Source of the DNA: a virus
Virus record (IMG/VR): IMGVR_UViG_3300031963_000016
Span: 1-64,000 of that record
Length of the DNA: 64,000 nt
Reading direction: 5' to 3' (one strand)
The position numbers and the translations under genes are program-made. The notes below the pieces were generated by a model. It did not search any database and was not told where the DNA came from. It was given only the letters and a program-made list of their open reading frames with translations. Positions 34,683-44,659 of this stretch are shown one piece after another (position 1 is the stretch's first letter; the number at the start of each line of letters is the position of its first letter).

Positions 34683-34889
34683 ATGAGTGATGCAAAGATT
34701 ATCATTATCAAAGATTTGCTCGATACCAAAGCGAGAAAAGAACGAGAGTTAGCCTATTATCAAGAAGAATTACGTAAGTTAGAAGAAAAAATGCACTGGC
34801 TACGTATGGAAATTAAACTAACCAGTGATATCATAAACATGATCGAAAAAGAGAAAATGGTCGATATAATGGAAATGATAAAGAAATGA
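34683..34889 (+). CDS. Small coiled-coil protein
   Basis: DLLDTKARKERELAYY pattern. Confidence 0.6.
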   Translation: MSDAKIIIIKDLLDTKARKERELAYYQEELRKLEEKMHWLRMEIKLTSDIINMIEKEKMVDIMEMIKK

Positions 34890-35040
34890 AACTTATACAG
34901 TATAGAGACGCTGGTCTGCATACCTATACCTACTTCTGGGTAAACGAGGATAATAAAGTAATAAGTCCTTACTTTGATACTGCGGCAGAGGCAGAAAAAT
35001 GGATGCAATCTTGGGAAGAGTGGAAACCGAGTAGAGATCT

Positions 35041-35379
35041 ATGAAATTCTGGAGTGAATTATCGCATAACGATAAAATTTCTGTCTTACTTGGATTGCTC
35101 GGTGTCTCAGTATTTACAATTATTATACTCTATGCATTCCTAGTATCTCGTGGAAACGATGTTGACTACTTTAAGTCTCGTATTGATATGGTCGATCAAC
35201 GAACTCTCTATATGGACTCAAAGATCGATAAAATGAGTGAGAAACTTGCAGATTATCGATCGCAGTTAAATGAGTTACGTAGAAAAGAGGACGAACTCGA
35301 GAAACGTCTAGATGCATATGGTCACTGGATCGAGTACTGGAAAACTTTACCACAACTACCAAAACCACCAAAAAGATGA
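35041..35379 (+). CDS. Single-TM coiled-coil protein
   Basis: N-terminal TM, heptads, Pro-rich end. Confidence 0.6.
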   Translation: MKFWSELSHNDKISVLLGLLGVSVFTIIILYAFLVSRGNDVDYFKSRIDMVDQRTLYMDSKIDKMSEKLADYRSQLNELRRKEDELEKRLDAYGHWIEYWKTLPQLPKPPKR

Positions 35380-35568
35380 GCGTCTGGATTCTTGTAGTCA
35401 TTCTAAATGGACAGTCTGCAGACTTTCCTACACATCACAAGACTAATGCATCCTGCGAAGAACATCGTAAACTTGTCGAACGTGCTCTAAAGCAAGCAGA
35501 ATCCACTGCCACAGTACGTTGCGAGTGGCGTACTCTATAGTCTATTCTTATTTCCTCGGGTCGAAAAA

Positions 35569-35796
35569 ATGAACAACACAATAAAATCAAGAGATAATGA
35601 TTTCGAAGTCTTACCAATGGACGAATACAGTGGTCTACCATCTCCAGAAGCATATGAAGATAAGACAGTCGATCACGATGATCCAGAGAGAATCGAATTC
35701 GAGAGAAAAAGAAATGCATCATTGGAAGAGTATCGTAAACAAGCGATGGAACTCTGGAATGATTCCTGCACGAGTGTAAGAAAAGAAAATGTATGA
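35569..35796 (+). CDS. Small acidic hypothetical protein
   Basis: ORF in operon. Confidence 0.5.
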   Translation: MNNTIKSRDNDFEVLPMDEYSGLPSPEAYEDKTVDHDDPERIEFERKRNASLEEYRKQAMELWNDSCTSVRKENV

Positions 35797-35946
35797 AGTA
35801 CTATTGCAATTGTTGGTTATGCACGAGAGCAAAGACTAAGAAAGCACTTGCCAGAGAGAAAGAAAAGCGTTTATTTAGGTGTCGCTCTCGCATGGTGGAC
35901 AGACTCGAGGAAAAATCGGAAATGCAACGAATACAAGCGAACAGGC

Positions 35947-36240
35947 ATGGCGTATAAAGAAAAAATCTGCCCAAAGTGCCAAGCCAAGCATAATAAGCGT
36001 GGTGAGTTCTGCTCTCGTAGCTGTGGTAATACACGAAAGCACACGAAGGAAACGAAACAGAAAATCGCTGATGCACAACGAGCATACCTGACTAGTGGCA
36101 CTGAACCTGCTGAAGTCGCCAAGCATAACTTTATCTCTAAGCGTAATAATGGTGATCCTGATCCGATTCCACCGATGAAACCGATTGATCTCGGTAGTGG
36201 GCGATTTGTTCAAGATGGTGATATTTGGGAAGAAGCCTAA
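35947..36240 (+). CDS. Zn-finger plus NUMOD3-like DNA-binding protein
   Basis: CPKC...FCSRSCGN then RKHTKETKQKIA. Confidence 0.65.
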   Translation: MAYKEKICPKCQAKHNKRGEFCSRSCGNTRKHTKETKQKIADAQRAYLTSGTEPAEVAKHNFISKRNNGDPDPIPPMKPIDLGSGRFVQDGDIWEEA

Positions 36241-36319
36241 TTGCAATATTGCAAAAAAGATTTGACATTTATTTGACTTTGAGCGAGAATTCGGTGTTAC
36301 CCTTTGATATGGAATAAAC

Positions 36320-36466
36320 ATGTTTGAACTTAAAATCACTACCGAGCTAAACGAAGTAGTTACTTACTTTGGAGACGCTGAGACTGTCTCTGAGACCGTA
36401 AGAGAGTGGTTACTTACTTCCGATGAGACCCCTATCTATGGGCTAGAAATAACCCCCAAAGACTGA
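36320..36466 (+). CDS. Small hypothetical protein (not in ORF track)
   Basis: MFELKITTELNEVVTYFGDAETVSETVREWLLTSDETPIYGLEITPKD; GGAATA RBS. Confidence 0.45.
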   Translation: MFELKITTELNEVVTYFGDAETVSETVREWLLTSDETPIYGLEITPKD

Positions 36467-36514
36467 GGGTTTTTCCAGAAATCTGTTGTCGGAAATTCGC
36501 AATTAGAGAATAAT
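36449..36514 (+). promoter_or_regulatory. Stem-loop plus sigma70 early promoter cassette
   Basis: AACCC/GGGTT hairpin with T-run; TTGTCG(36486)-17-AATAAT(36509). Confidence 0.7.
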
Positions 36515-36546
36515 CTCTCTTATTGAATGATTATGAAGGAATGTGA

Positions 36547-37443
36547 ATGAAAGTCTCTGCTGTTGAATTTGATGCTAAATCGGGTAACTATTTCGCTATG
36601 GTCGGTTCCAAGAAAATCAAGTCTTACTCGAAAGCATACGTCGAGCGTCGTGTAAAAGCGATGGTTGGCGACATTGAGACTGCAGTCGCTGTTGCCACTG
36701 AAAAGCAGAATCGCTACGGCATTAATGAGCGATTCGGGTTTGTTGAGAAACTGGTCACGATGGTTGCGACTGGTGTTCAACCCTCTGCTGTCATTACTGG
36801 TGAAGGTGGTCTGGGTAAGACCTACACTGTGACCAAGACTTTGGAAGCCCATGGCTACAAAGACATCTCTGATCTGGCTGACTTTCAAGTTGGTTCGATT
36901 ATCAATACTCGGAAATGCTTTACGATGGTAAAGGGTTTCTCGACTGCCAAGGGTCTGTATCGGACTCTCTTCGAAAACAACAAGTCCATTATCGTGTTCG
37001 ATGACTGTGACGCTGTTCTGAAAGATCCCGTCGCACTGAATCTTCTGAAGGGTGCACTCGACTCTTACGGTAAACGCATCATCTCCTGGAATGCCGATAT
37101 GCGTGACGAAGACCTCCCTCGCTCCTTTAACTTCGAAGGTCGTGTGATCTTTATCTCGAACATGGATCAAGATCGTATCGATCAAGCCATTCGTAGTCGT
37201 TCGATGATGATTGATCTGTCGATGACTCTCGACCAGAAGATCGATCGCATGGAGTTTATTGCAAAGAGTGATGAATTCCTGCCTGAGTATGATGACATCT
37301 CTAAGAGTGATGCCCTCTCTCTGATTCGTGAACTGAAGACCGAATGCAAAGAGATATCTCTCCGTACTCTGATCTCTGTTACGAAGATTCGTGCCAGTAA
37401 CAAAGACTGGAAAGACCTTGCTACCTACATGTTGACTGCCTAA
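36547..37443 (+). CDS. AAA+/P-loop ATPase (early gene)
   Basis: Walker A GEGGLGKT, Walker B IIVFDDCD, VIFISN, AIRSR Arg finger. Confidence 0.88.
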   Translation: MKVSAVEFDAKSGNYFAMVGSKKIKSYSKAYVERRVKAMVGDIETAVAVATEKQNRYGINERFGFVEKLVTMVATGVQPSAVITGEGGLGKTYTVTKTLEAHGYKDISDLADFQVGSIINTRKCFTMVKGFSTAKGLYRTLFENNKSIIVFDDCDAVLKDPVALNLLKGALDSYGKRIISWNADMRDEDLPRSFNFEGRVIFISNMDQDRIDQAIRSRSMMIDLSMTLDQKIDRMEFIAKSDEFLPEYDDISKSDALSLIRELKTECKEISLRTLISVTKIRASNKDWKDLATYMLTA

Positions 37444-37448
37444 GGAGA

Positions 37449-37664
37449 TTGATTATGATGCGAGTAATTGTGAATGGTGTGTCCTTCTATACTACAGAGA
37501 GTAGAGTAAAGAGTGGTGTGGGCTCTGATACTACAGTCAATTCAGCGATTCGTGCTGTGTATGGTCTACTGAAGAAGAAGGAACAAGGGATTGCAAGTCG
37601 AGTGGCAGTATATAATCACAAGATGCAACAGCAATATTTCGATGTGCAAATTGATAGACTGTAA
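37449..37664 (+). CDS. Hypothetical protein
   Basis: AAGGAG RBS. Confidence 0.6.
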   Translation: MIMMRVIVNGVSFYTTESRVKSGVGSDTTVNSAIRAVYGLLKKKEQGIASRVAVYNHKMQQQYFDVQIDRL

Positions 37665-37675
37665 GGAGTGTTATA

Positions 37676-37915
37676 ATGGGTTATTTTAGTAATTTGTCTG
37701 TGGATATTATAGAGGCATATGAGGATGGTATGGACATTACATTAATTGCTACAAAAATGGGTGTATCACCAGAAGAAGTACGTGATATAATAGAAGCATA
37801 CGAGGACGGTAATTACGATGCTGATCCTGGTGAGATGGATGGGGATTTTGATTCTGCCATGGCATCTGCTGGTTTCGGTACAGACGAAGATTATGGTTAT
37901 TATGGTGATGAGTAA
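37676..37915 (+). CDS. Acidic hypothetical protein
   Basis: AAGGAG RBS; DSAMASAGFGTDEDYG C-terminal motif. Confidence 0.7.
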   Translation: MGYFSNLSVDIIEAYEDGMDITLIATKMGVSPEEVRDIIEAYEDGNYDADPGEMDGDFDSAMASAGFGTDEDYGYYGDE

Positions 37916-38160
37916 TCTGTAGAGGGATAGGGGCATTATCTGTATTTCAAGGGACTCCTACCTCATCTCCTAAGCCGACTTTAACCCCACCACACATTTA
38001 TATCAAAGTCATGATTCAATTTCTAATCTCTGCGGGACTCCTGTTCTTAGGATTTTTCTTTCTTTTTACAGGATCCTATTGGTGGGCACTTCTTGCATTT
38101 GCTTGTTCGATATCCATTACAATTACAATTCTTTGTATTCTTGCAGTAATAATGTTTTCG

Positions 38161-38189
38161 TTGTCTTTAATTGTATTTTGATGTATAAT
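38161..38189 (+). promoter_or_regulatory. Sigma70-type promoter
   Basis: TTGTCT-17-TATAAT. Confidence 0.75.
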
Positions 38190-38278
38190 CTCTATAGGGT
38201 TGCATGATATGAAATCCATTTTTTGCAAAAAATTCCCGAGAAAAATTTTTGATGTCTAACCTTTGTTATGGAGTTTTT

Positions 38279-38689
38279 ATGAAAAAAGCGATGTTGCATG
38301 GTAGAGTTCTTAAAGACTATTATGTGGATAATGATGGCTATATTTGGAAACTAAAGGATAATTATTATCGTAGTGTTTCTACATGTATCGGTGGCGGAAA
38401 CAGATACCCTAGAGTAAGTCTATATGAAGCATATAGTGATGGTGCGATAAAAACATCTACATATGCACATAAGATTGTGTGTGAGACTTTTCATTCATTT
38501 CCGATTCCCGAAGGAGTCACAAAGAAAGAATGGGATAATACGCCAGAGTCGGTTAAGATTAGACTTAATGAATTATATCAAGTCAATCATATAGATCATG
38601 ATCCAGAGAATTATCATCCATCTAATTTAGAATGGGTAACCGTAAAACAGAATCAAAGAAAATATCAGGAACATAGTCGGAGAAAATAA
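38279..38689 (+). CDS. HNH homing-endonuclease-like protein
   Basis: YYVDNDGYIW, AHKIVCETF, QVNHIDHDPENYHPSNLEWVT..N. Confidence 0.85.
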   Translation: MKKAMLHGRVLKDYYVDNDGYIWKLKDNYYRSVSTCIGGGNRYPRVSLYEAYSDGAIKTSTYAHKIVCETFHSFPIPEGVTKKEWDNTPESVKIRLNELYQVNHIDHDPENYHPSNLEWVTVKQNQRKYQEHSRRK

Positions 38690-38786
38690 ATGAAGCACAT
38701 CGAAACTTTTTTGGTATTTTGTGTAATTCAACCAGCGTTATTGCTATTTGCTATCTTTGTTTTTATTAGTGGATTTTGGAGTTAAT

Positions 38787-38993
38787 ATGAAAGAACAATA
38801 TTTTAATTTTTTGGATGCCCTAAGAGACAGTGGACAGACTAATATGTTTGGTGCTGGTCCATGGCTACAGCGAGCATTTGGACTGGAACGACACGAAGCA
38901 AAAGACATTGTATTAGAATGGATGAATACCTATGGCGAACGTAAAGCAAGGAAACTCGACAAGACCACCACAGTGGTGGAAACATCTACGTGA
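38787..38993 (+). CDS. Hypothetical protein
   Basis: FLDALRDSGQTNMFGAGPWLQRAFG motif; GGAG RBS. Confidence 0.7.
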   Translation: MKEQYFNFLDALRDSGQTNMFGAGPWLQRAFGLERHEAKDIVLEWMNTYGERKARKLDKTTTVVETST

Positions 38994-39062
38994 ATGGAAG
39001 CGAGTCTTCTGGAAGAAAGAACGTAAGGCACAGAAGAAAGATATCAAACAACGGAGTGAAGA

Positions 39063-39251
39063 ATGAGGATTGTGCTACTTTGTTTATTGTTGACAGGGTG
39101 TTCACACTACAAACATAGTGTGCAAATGAAAGATTTGTATATCGATAACTCTGTAAATAATTTTTCAGGAAATCCTTGTACTCTCTGGCTTAACGATCGT
39201 TGTATAATTGTAAAGCCAACTCCAAGAGATCCAGAAAGGACATCGAAATGA
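39063..39251 (+). CDS. Small lipoprotein
   Basis: Lipobox LLTGC. Confidence 0.55.
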   Translation: MRIVLLCLLLTGCSHYKHSVQMKDLYIDNSVNNFSGNPCTLWLNDRCIIVKPTPRDPERTSK

Positions 39252-39442
39252 AAGGTCTTGAACTTGATTGGGAAACGGCAGATCGTATTACTTTACTCTG
39301 CCTAAAAGATCAACTAAATTATCTAACAGAAGAATTACGTACACATCGTGAAGATGGGCATTGGATGCATCCAGAAGATGTAATGAAGTCAGAAGAATAT
39401 ATTCCTGCATTAAAACTCTTAATTGCTTACTACGGAGGATAA
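39248..39442 (+). CDS. Hypothetical protein
   Basis: Overlapping start; WMHPEDV motif. Confidence 0.6.
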   Translation: MKGLELDWETADRITLLCLKDQLNYLTEELRTHREDGHWMHPEDVMKSEEYIPALKLLIAYYGG

Positions 39443-39798
39443 ATGAGACCGATAGTAGTTCGTTGTCGTAACAAGATTGTAATTCATATTGATCGTTATT
39501 ATAGACCACTTGCGATCTATCGTGATTCGACTTGTTTCTCTGATCCAGATCCACGTTTTGAGTATATTAGTGAGGAACAATGGAAAACATTACAACGAAC
39601 TCTTTGGAGTGAAGAATAGGAGATAATTATGTGGCGTTATGTATTTAATAATCTACAAGTAAAAGTGGCAATGACAGTAGATGCCGAAGATGATGAGATA
39701 GCATGGGCAGAGTTAAAGAAACTTTGGAATAAAGCAGCAGAACTAAAGATTGATTTACCACCAATTGACACGTTTGCAATCGTGCACAAAACAATATT

Positions 39799-40002
39799 AT
39801 GAAGCCTAAGATTTTAGAGATATTCGAGAAGCATAACATATCTGTTGAATATGAACAGGCAGAATCTATTATAAACGATATTATTGAAGAATGCATATTT
39901 ACATTCTTAATGAACTATCAAGGCAAACTAAATCCGATTGAGTTAAAACAACTATTGGATGAACAATTTGGTATTAATCTATTTTATTATAAAGATGAGT
40001 GA
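39799..40002 (+). CDS. Hypothetical protein
   Basis: ORF in operon. Confidence 0.5.
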   Translation: MKPKILEIFEKHNISVEYEQAESIINDIIEECIFTFLMNYQGKLNPIELKQLLDEQFGINLFYYKDE

Positions 40003-40216
40003 TATGAATAATATGCAACTTGAGGAATTATCTTACGAGATCGATGATCTTTTACTTGGATTGTCAAATAAGTATCATTGCTCTGGATTATCTCTCTGTT
40101 CAATCCTAATCGCTCGTATGATGAGACTCTCTATGGAGACTGGTTCTCTTGATGATCTTAAATCAATTATGGCACTTGCCACGCAACACAAAGAAGAAAA
40201 GAAAGTTTTACAATGA
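39995..40216 (+). CDS. Hypothetical protein
   Basis: ORF in operon. Confidence 0.5.
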   Translation: MSDMNNMQLEELSYEIDDLLLGLSNKYHCSGLSLCSILIARMMRLSMETGSLDDLKSIMALATQHKEEKKVLQ

Positions 40217-41124
40217 AAATAGCAGTATGTTCAGATATTCATCTTGAGTTTGGTCCAATCACTCTCGAAAATAATGAGGGTGTGGAAGTGCTCATTCTCT
40301 CAGGCGATATTTGTGTTGCTAGGGATCTACTTGATCACGATGATCCGATGCCATCTGAAAAGTCTAAAAAGGTGCACGAGTTCTTTTATAACTGTGCAAA
40401 TAAGTTTCCTTTTGTAATCTATGTGGCAGGTAATCATGAGCACTATCATGGTGACTTTGCGCACACGCTAAAGGATCTCAAACGTAAACTCAAGTATCTG
40501 CCCAATCTACAGGTTCTTGATAAAGAGTCGTGGATGCTACATGAAGAAGTAGTATTCGTCGGTGGTACACTATGGACTGATATGAATAAAGAAGATGCTT
40601 TAACTCTTTATCAAATTAAAGGTTACATGAATGACTTTCGCTGTATTAAAAACAGCAATCGTATGGTCACTTACAAATCACCAAAATATAAAACCGATGA
40701 GGAAGGTAAGTTGGTTTATGAGAACGATAAACTTATTGAGATTGGTATGAATGTCTCCGAACGTGTCTCTACATTCTGTCCTGAAGACACAGTAGAAGAT
40801 CATAAGAAGATGCTTGATGTAATTGACAAAGTCTACAATGAAACTCCTCCATGGATAAAGATTGTTGTGGTTGGTCATCACGCACCAAGCAAACTTTCTA
40901 CACATCCTCGCTACGCAGATGAGGTAATTACCAATGGTGCGTACTCTTCTGATCTATCTAACTTTATGCTTGATCGTCCAGGAATTAAACTTTGGACACA
41001 TGGGCATACTCATGAAGAGTTTGACTACATGATTGGTGATTGTCGTGTTGTTTGTAATCCTCGTGGTTATGACGGATATGAAGCACGTGCTGATAATTTT
41101 AAACTAAAGGTAGTAGAAGTATGA
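40213..41124 (+). CDS. Calcineurin-like metallophosphoesterase
   Basis: SDIHLE, LSGDI, AGNHEHY, GHHAP, HGHTH, NPRGY. Confidence 0.92.
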   Translation: MKIAVCSDIHLEFGPITLENNEGVEVLILSGDICVARDLLDHDDPMPSEKSKKVHEFFYNCANKFPFVIYVAGNHEHYHGDFAHTLKDLKRKLKYLPNLQVLDKESWMLHEEVVFVGGTLWTDMNKEDALTLYQIKGYMNDFRCIKNSNRMVTYKSPKYKTDEEGKLVYENDKLIEIGMNVSERVSTFCPEDTVEDHKKMLDVIDKVYNETPPWIKIVVVGHHAPSKLSTHPRYADEVITNGAYSSDLSNFMLDRPGIKLWTHGHTHEEFDYMIGDCRVVCNPRGYDGYEARADNFKLKVVEV

Positions 41125-41456
41125 GTGATTATTATCCAGATAAGTGGGTTGTTATCAAGATTAGTATGCCAAACTCTACATCAATTCATAAAATTTTTGC
41201 TTGTTGGTATGGTGGTTGGGCTGGTGCAGATTCTTGGAAACTAAACAGTGGGATTACCAAAGCAACTCTCAGGGGGTGTGTTTATTCTTTTGAGGGTAGT
41301 TCTGGTTCTGTTTATGATTGTCATAAAGATTATTATGGGACAAACATGTATGGGCATGGTGTACTAAACAATCTGATTGATAAAATTACAAAAGCAGGTG
41401 GTAAGTGTGATATTCTTCCATCTGATACAAACTGGTTGGAGATAAATTATGAATAA
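41121..41456 (+). CDS. Hypothetical protein
   Basis: YPDKWVVIK, WYGGWAGADSWKLNSGI, FEGSSGSVY. Confidence 0.7.
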   Translation: MSDYYPDKWVVIKISMPNSTSIHKIFACWYGGWAGADSWKLNSGITKATLRGCVYSFEGSSGSVYDCHKDYYGTNMYGHGVLNNLIDKITKAGGKCDILPSDTNWLEINYE

Positions 41457-41637
41457 TTGGACAATTAAATTGGAAGAAGATCCAAAAACTGGAGATTTAA
41501 TCATGCCACTACCACCTGATCTTCTAAATCAGGTGGGATGGGATTTTGGTGATACATTAATTTGGGAGGATATGCAAAATGGAAGTTGGTCACTTAGAAA
41601 GAAAGACGATGGAACACCTACAGATTCCTCTGAGTGA
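41449..41637 (+). CDS. AbrB/MazE/SpoVT-fold small protein
   Basis: GDLIMPLPPDLLNQVGWDFGDTLIW pattern. Confidence 0.7.
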   Translation: MNNWTIKLEEDPKTGDLIMPLPPDLLNQVGWDFGDTLIWEDMQNGSWSLRKKDDGTPTDSSE

Positions 41638-41754
41638 TACTGAAGAAGCTGTTTTACATTTGTTAAAGCGAGTAAAACAATTAGAATCAGAAAATCAATC
41701 ACTAAAAGAAGAAAATAAACAATTAAGATGGTCTTTGACGGAGCATGATTAAAT

Positions 41755-42006
41755 ATGACACTACCAAATGAAAGAAGAGTTGCTGTTTTACGCACAGAGG
41801 ACTTTTTAAAAGATCTATTAAATCCTCAAAAAACGCCAAGAGTGCCAAAAGAAATTCGTCAACGTGCGTCTGCATGTTTGAGACATTATCCATCTTCTTA
41901 TCATATGGATAAGGCTAAAGAAATCGCTCCAACGATTTTTGGTGAGTGGGATTCTGAATATACTCAGCATTCAGATTATTATTTTGATACGGAGAGAAAT
42001 AAATGA
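41755..42006 (+). CDS. BPSL0761-like protein
   Basis: MTLPNER..AVLRTEDFL...TPRVPKEIRQRA..CLRHYP. Confidence 0.7.
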   Translation: MTLPNERRVAVLRTEDFLKDLLNPQKTPRVPKEIRQRASACLRHYPSSYHMDKAKEIAPTIFGEWDSEYTQHSDYYFDTERNK

Positions 42007-42374
42007 GCAAAGTATTTACAGATGTACAAATGTTTATGCGAGCATGTGATCACATCACACCAAATGTTCCTTCTGAACCATCTGCATTGTCTGATTTGTA
42101 TAAATCACTAATTGAGGAAGAGTATGCTGAGTTTCAAGCTGCTTGCGACGCTAATAATGATGTAGAACAACTTGATGCATGTTTTGATATGATCTGGGTC
42201 ATTGTTGCATATGCTAAAACACGTGGTTGGGACATTGATAAAGCATGGGATGAGGGTGCAAAGAGCAATCTTTACAAGATTGATCAACTTTCTGGACGTG
42301 TACTTCGTCGTGAAGACGGAAAAATCTTGAAACCAAGGGGTTGGGAACCACCAAATTTCTCAAAATTTGTTTAA
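42003..42374 (+). CDS. MazG-like/PRA-PH nucleotide pyrophosphohydrolase
   Basis: LIEEEYAEF, EQLDACFDMIWV, SNLYK, RREDGKILKP. Confidence 0.85.
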   Translation: MSKVFTDVQMFMRACDHITPNVPSEPSALSDLYKSLIEEEYAEFQAACDANNDVEQLDACFDMIWVIVAYAKTRGWDIDKAWDEGAKSNLYKIDQLSGRVLRREDGKILKPRGWEPPNFSKFV

Positions 42375-42388
42375 AATGCAAAAAAATG

Positions 42389-42417
42389 TTGCTTTGTAAC
42401 ATTTTTTGTGGTATAAT
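42389..42417 (+). promoter_or_regulatory. Sigma70-type promoter
   Basis: TTGCTT-17-TATAAT. Confidence 0.65.
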
Positions 42418-42423
42418 GACATT

Positions 42424-42921
42424 ATGAAAAAACTTTATATTGATATGGATGGTGTTTTGAGTGATTTTGACACGAAATTTGCAGAAATTTCGCCAGATTT
42501 ACCTGATCACGATCGTTTTAAGTCGGCTGTTTTGGATCACCAGATCTTTATTCATCTAAAACCACTTCCAGATGCTCAAGAATTGATGAAATATTGTCAA
42601 TGTTTGAGAAATATTCACATTGAAATTCTTACTTCTGTTGGTACATTCAATGAAGAGCGTGGTTTAGCCGCAAAATTACAAAAAAGAGCATGGTTAGACA
42701 AGTACAATATGTTTTATCCAGTCAATTTTGTTCGTTGCAAACCAGAAAAGGCAAATTTTGCTAATAAAGAGTCAATTTTAATTGACGATTCTCCAGGATG
42801 TATCAATCCATTCAATGAAAAAGGTGGTTGGGGAATTTTGCACAAGTCTGCCAAGAACTCTATTGAAGAATTAGAGAATGTTTTTAAGAAAATGAGAGAG
42901 TATACAGCATACACAACATGA
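42424..42921 (+). CDS. HAD-family 5'(3')-deoxyribonucleotidase-like protein
   Basis: LYIDMDGVLSDF, ILTS, ILIDD. Confidence 0.85.
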   Translation: MKKLYIDMDGVLSDFDTKFAEISPDLPDHDRFKSAVLDHQIFIHLKPLPDAQELMKYCQCLRNIHIEILTSVGTFNEERGLAAKLQKRAWLDKYNMFYPVNFVRCKPEKANFANKESILIDDSPGCINPFNEKGGWGILHKSAKNSIEELENVFKKMREYTAYTT

Positions 42922-43205
42922 TGATAGATTTATTAAAGCCAACATTTGAATGGATCCGTGATGACTTTCATTCTCACCCTTTTCGTTTTATGGTCGAGTT
43001 TATTGCTTGGTGCATTAGTATTGGATGTAGCATCACAATGGCTCTTACAGTTCCAACTCCACCACTGCTTATTCTATATCCTATATGGATTCTTGGGTGT
43101 GCTATGTATGCTTGGGCTGCTTATACTCGCAAGTCCTTTGGTATGCTCGCTAATTATTTGCTCTTAACTACAATTGATATGTTTGGTTTGATAAGGATGC
43201 TATAA
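42918..43205 (+). CDS. Small multi-TM membrane protein
   Basis: Three hydrophobic helices. Confidence 0.65.
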   Translation: MMIDLLKPTFEWIRDDFHSHPFRFMVEFIAWCISIGCSITMALTVPTPPLLILYPIWILGCAMYAWAAYTRKSFGMLANYLLLTTIDMFGLIRML

Positions 43206-43870
43206 TGTTTATCAATTTATTGGAATTTTTAAACAATGAAAATACAAATATTGCATCCACGCATTTACCGAATATTGGAATTACATCTGTAAAGTTTACA
43301 GACGAAGAACTTTCACCATTGGTGAATGAAATTAATAAGATAAAATCTAATTTTGATACTGCAGATCCTTATCACTATGGATTAGCTGGACATATAAATC
43401 ATGAGTATCTTTTATCAGATAGTTTAAAACATGTCGAAGAAATTATGTTTCCTTCTATCTCAGAATTTATTATGACATATGAGATACATAAGAAAAATGG
43501 TATGCAAGTAAACAGCACAGTATATGCTTCTTTGAATCAACTGTGGGTGAACTTTCAAAATAAGAATGAATTCAATCCTTTACATAGACATTCTGGTGAT
43601 ATAAGTTTTGTTATCTGGTTAGAAATACCTTTTGAATTTAAAGAAGAACAAAAATATTACACTAAACATAATGAACCACGAGTTGGGTCTTTTAATTTTC
43701 ATTATACTAATACCATAGGTGAACTTATTAATGTATCAATCCCTGCTGATAAATCATATAAAAATTTAGCAGTAATTTTTCCTGCAGAAATGTCACATTC
43801 TGTTCATCCATTCTATTCTGATGGATATAGGATATCTGTTTCTGGTAATTGGAGTGTAAAGACACAATGA
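43205..43870 (+). CDS. Putative 2OG-Fe(II) oxygenase
   Basis: LWVNFQNKNEFNPLHRHSG.ISFV, IFPA..HSVHPF, RISVSGN. Confidence 0.85.
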   Translation: MFINLLEFLNNENTNIASTHLPNIGITSVKFTDEELSPLVNEINKIKSNFDTADPYHYGLAGHINHEYLLSDSLKHVEEIMFPSISEFIMTYEIHKKNGMQVNSTVYASLNQLWVNFQNKNEFNPLHRHSGDISFVIWLEIPFEFKEEQKYYTKHNEPRVGSFNFHYTNTIGELINVSIPADKSYKNLAVIFPAEMSHSVHPFYSDGYRISVSGNWSVKTQ

Positions 43871-44034
43871 AAAATTCTAAATTTAGACTTTGGGTTCAGC
43901 GTATTTGGTTTGAAAACACCCAAGAGCATTTAGACTATCATGAACTTCCATATACAATGGAACAATATTGGAATATGTACAAATATTGGCTTAAACGTGA
44001 ATATAAACATAGAATGAAAACAGGTAAATTGTGA
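43867..44034 (+). CDS. Small hypothetical protein
   Basis: FRLWVQRIW...YKYWLKREY. Confidence 0.55.
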   Translation: MKNSKFRLWVQRIWFENTQEHLDYHELPYTMEQYWNMYKYWLKREYKHRMKTGKL

Positions 44035-44651
44035 ACATCTTTTATCTACATAATGATACTAAAGAATGTGCCAAACAACATCTTGATAAACACGTTGTCA
44101 AGATGATTCTAGAATATGCACAACTTCTTTCTACTGCTCATCGTCTTCTTGATGGAACAGAATATGAAGGTCGTACTGTAAAAGGTACTCGTAAAGCAAC
44201 TCGTTGGTTGTTATCAGACGATCGTGAGTCAAATATCTACATGGCATCACATATGAAACATCCATCAGGTATCTGGTGTCGTCAATCACAAGATAATTAC
44301 TGGTGGTTGTATAATCTTTGGCGTGATCTAATGAAAGAATACACATTTCGTTATGGAAAACATCATGTTGCTGAAAAATTGATTCCGTATCTCTCGTTCG
44401 CACCATCAAACATTCCTGTAGCTATTGCAGATCCTATGCCACAGTGCATGCCAGATCATTACAAAGTTCCTGGAGATTCTATTCAGGCATATCATAACTA
44501 TTATATCGGTGCTAAGCAATCATTTGCAGTATGGACTAATCGACCTATTCCAGAATGGTATGTCGAAGCATGGAAAACACAGAATCATAAACCCACAGCC
44601 CAAATAGATAAAAAGAACAATAAAGTTCGATTTAGAATGGTTTCATTATAA
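44031..44651 (+). CDS. Pyrimidine-dimer DNA glycosylase/endonuclease V family protein
   Basis: MNIFYL...AKQHLDKHVVKMILEYAQLLSTAH; HPSGIW; AYHNYY. Confidence 0.85.
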   Translation: MNIFYLHNDTKECAKQHLDKHVVKMILEYAQLLSTAHRLLDGTEYEGRTVKGTRKATRWLLSDDRESNIYMASHMKHPSGIWCRQSQDNYWWLYNLWRDLMKEYTFRYGKHHVAEKLIPYLSFAPSNIPVAIADPMPQCMPDHYKVPGDSIQAYHNYYIGAKQSFAVWTNRPIPEWYVEAWKTQNHKPTAQIDKKNNKVRFRMVSL

Positions 44652-44654
44652 ATA
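44647..44654 (+). promoter_or_regulatory. T4-type late promoter
   Basis: TATAAATA immediately upstream of 44660. Confidence 0.75.
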
Positions 44655-44659
44655 CATTT

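Noticed and set aside
38011-38181. 56-aa all-hydrophobic ORF (possible superinfection-exclusion protein)
   Set aside because: No RBS, lies in a T-rich intergenic tract overlapping a promoter; hydrophobicity may reflect base composition.
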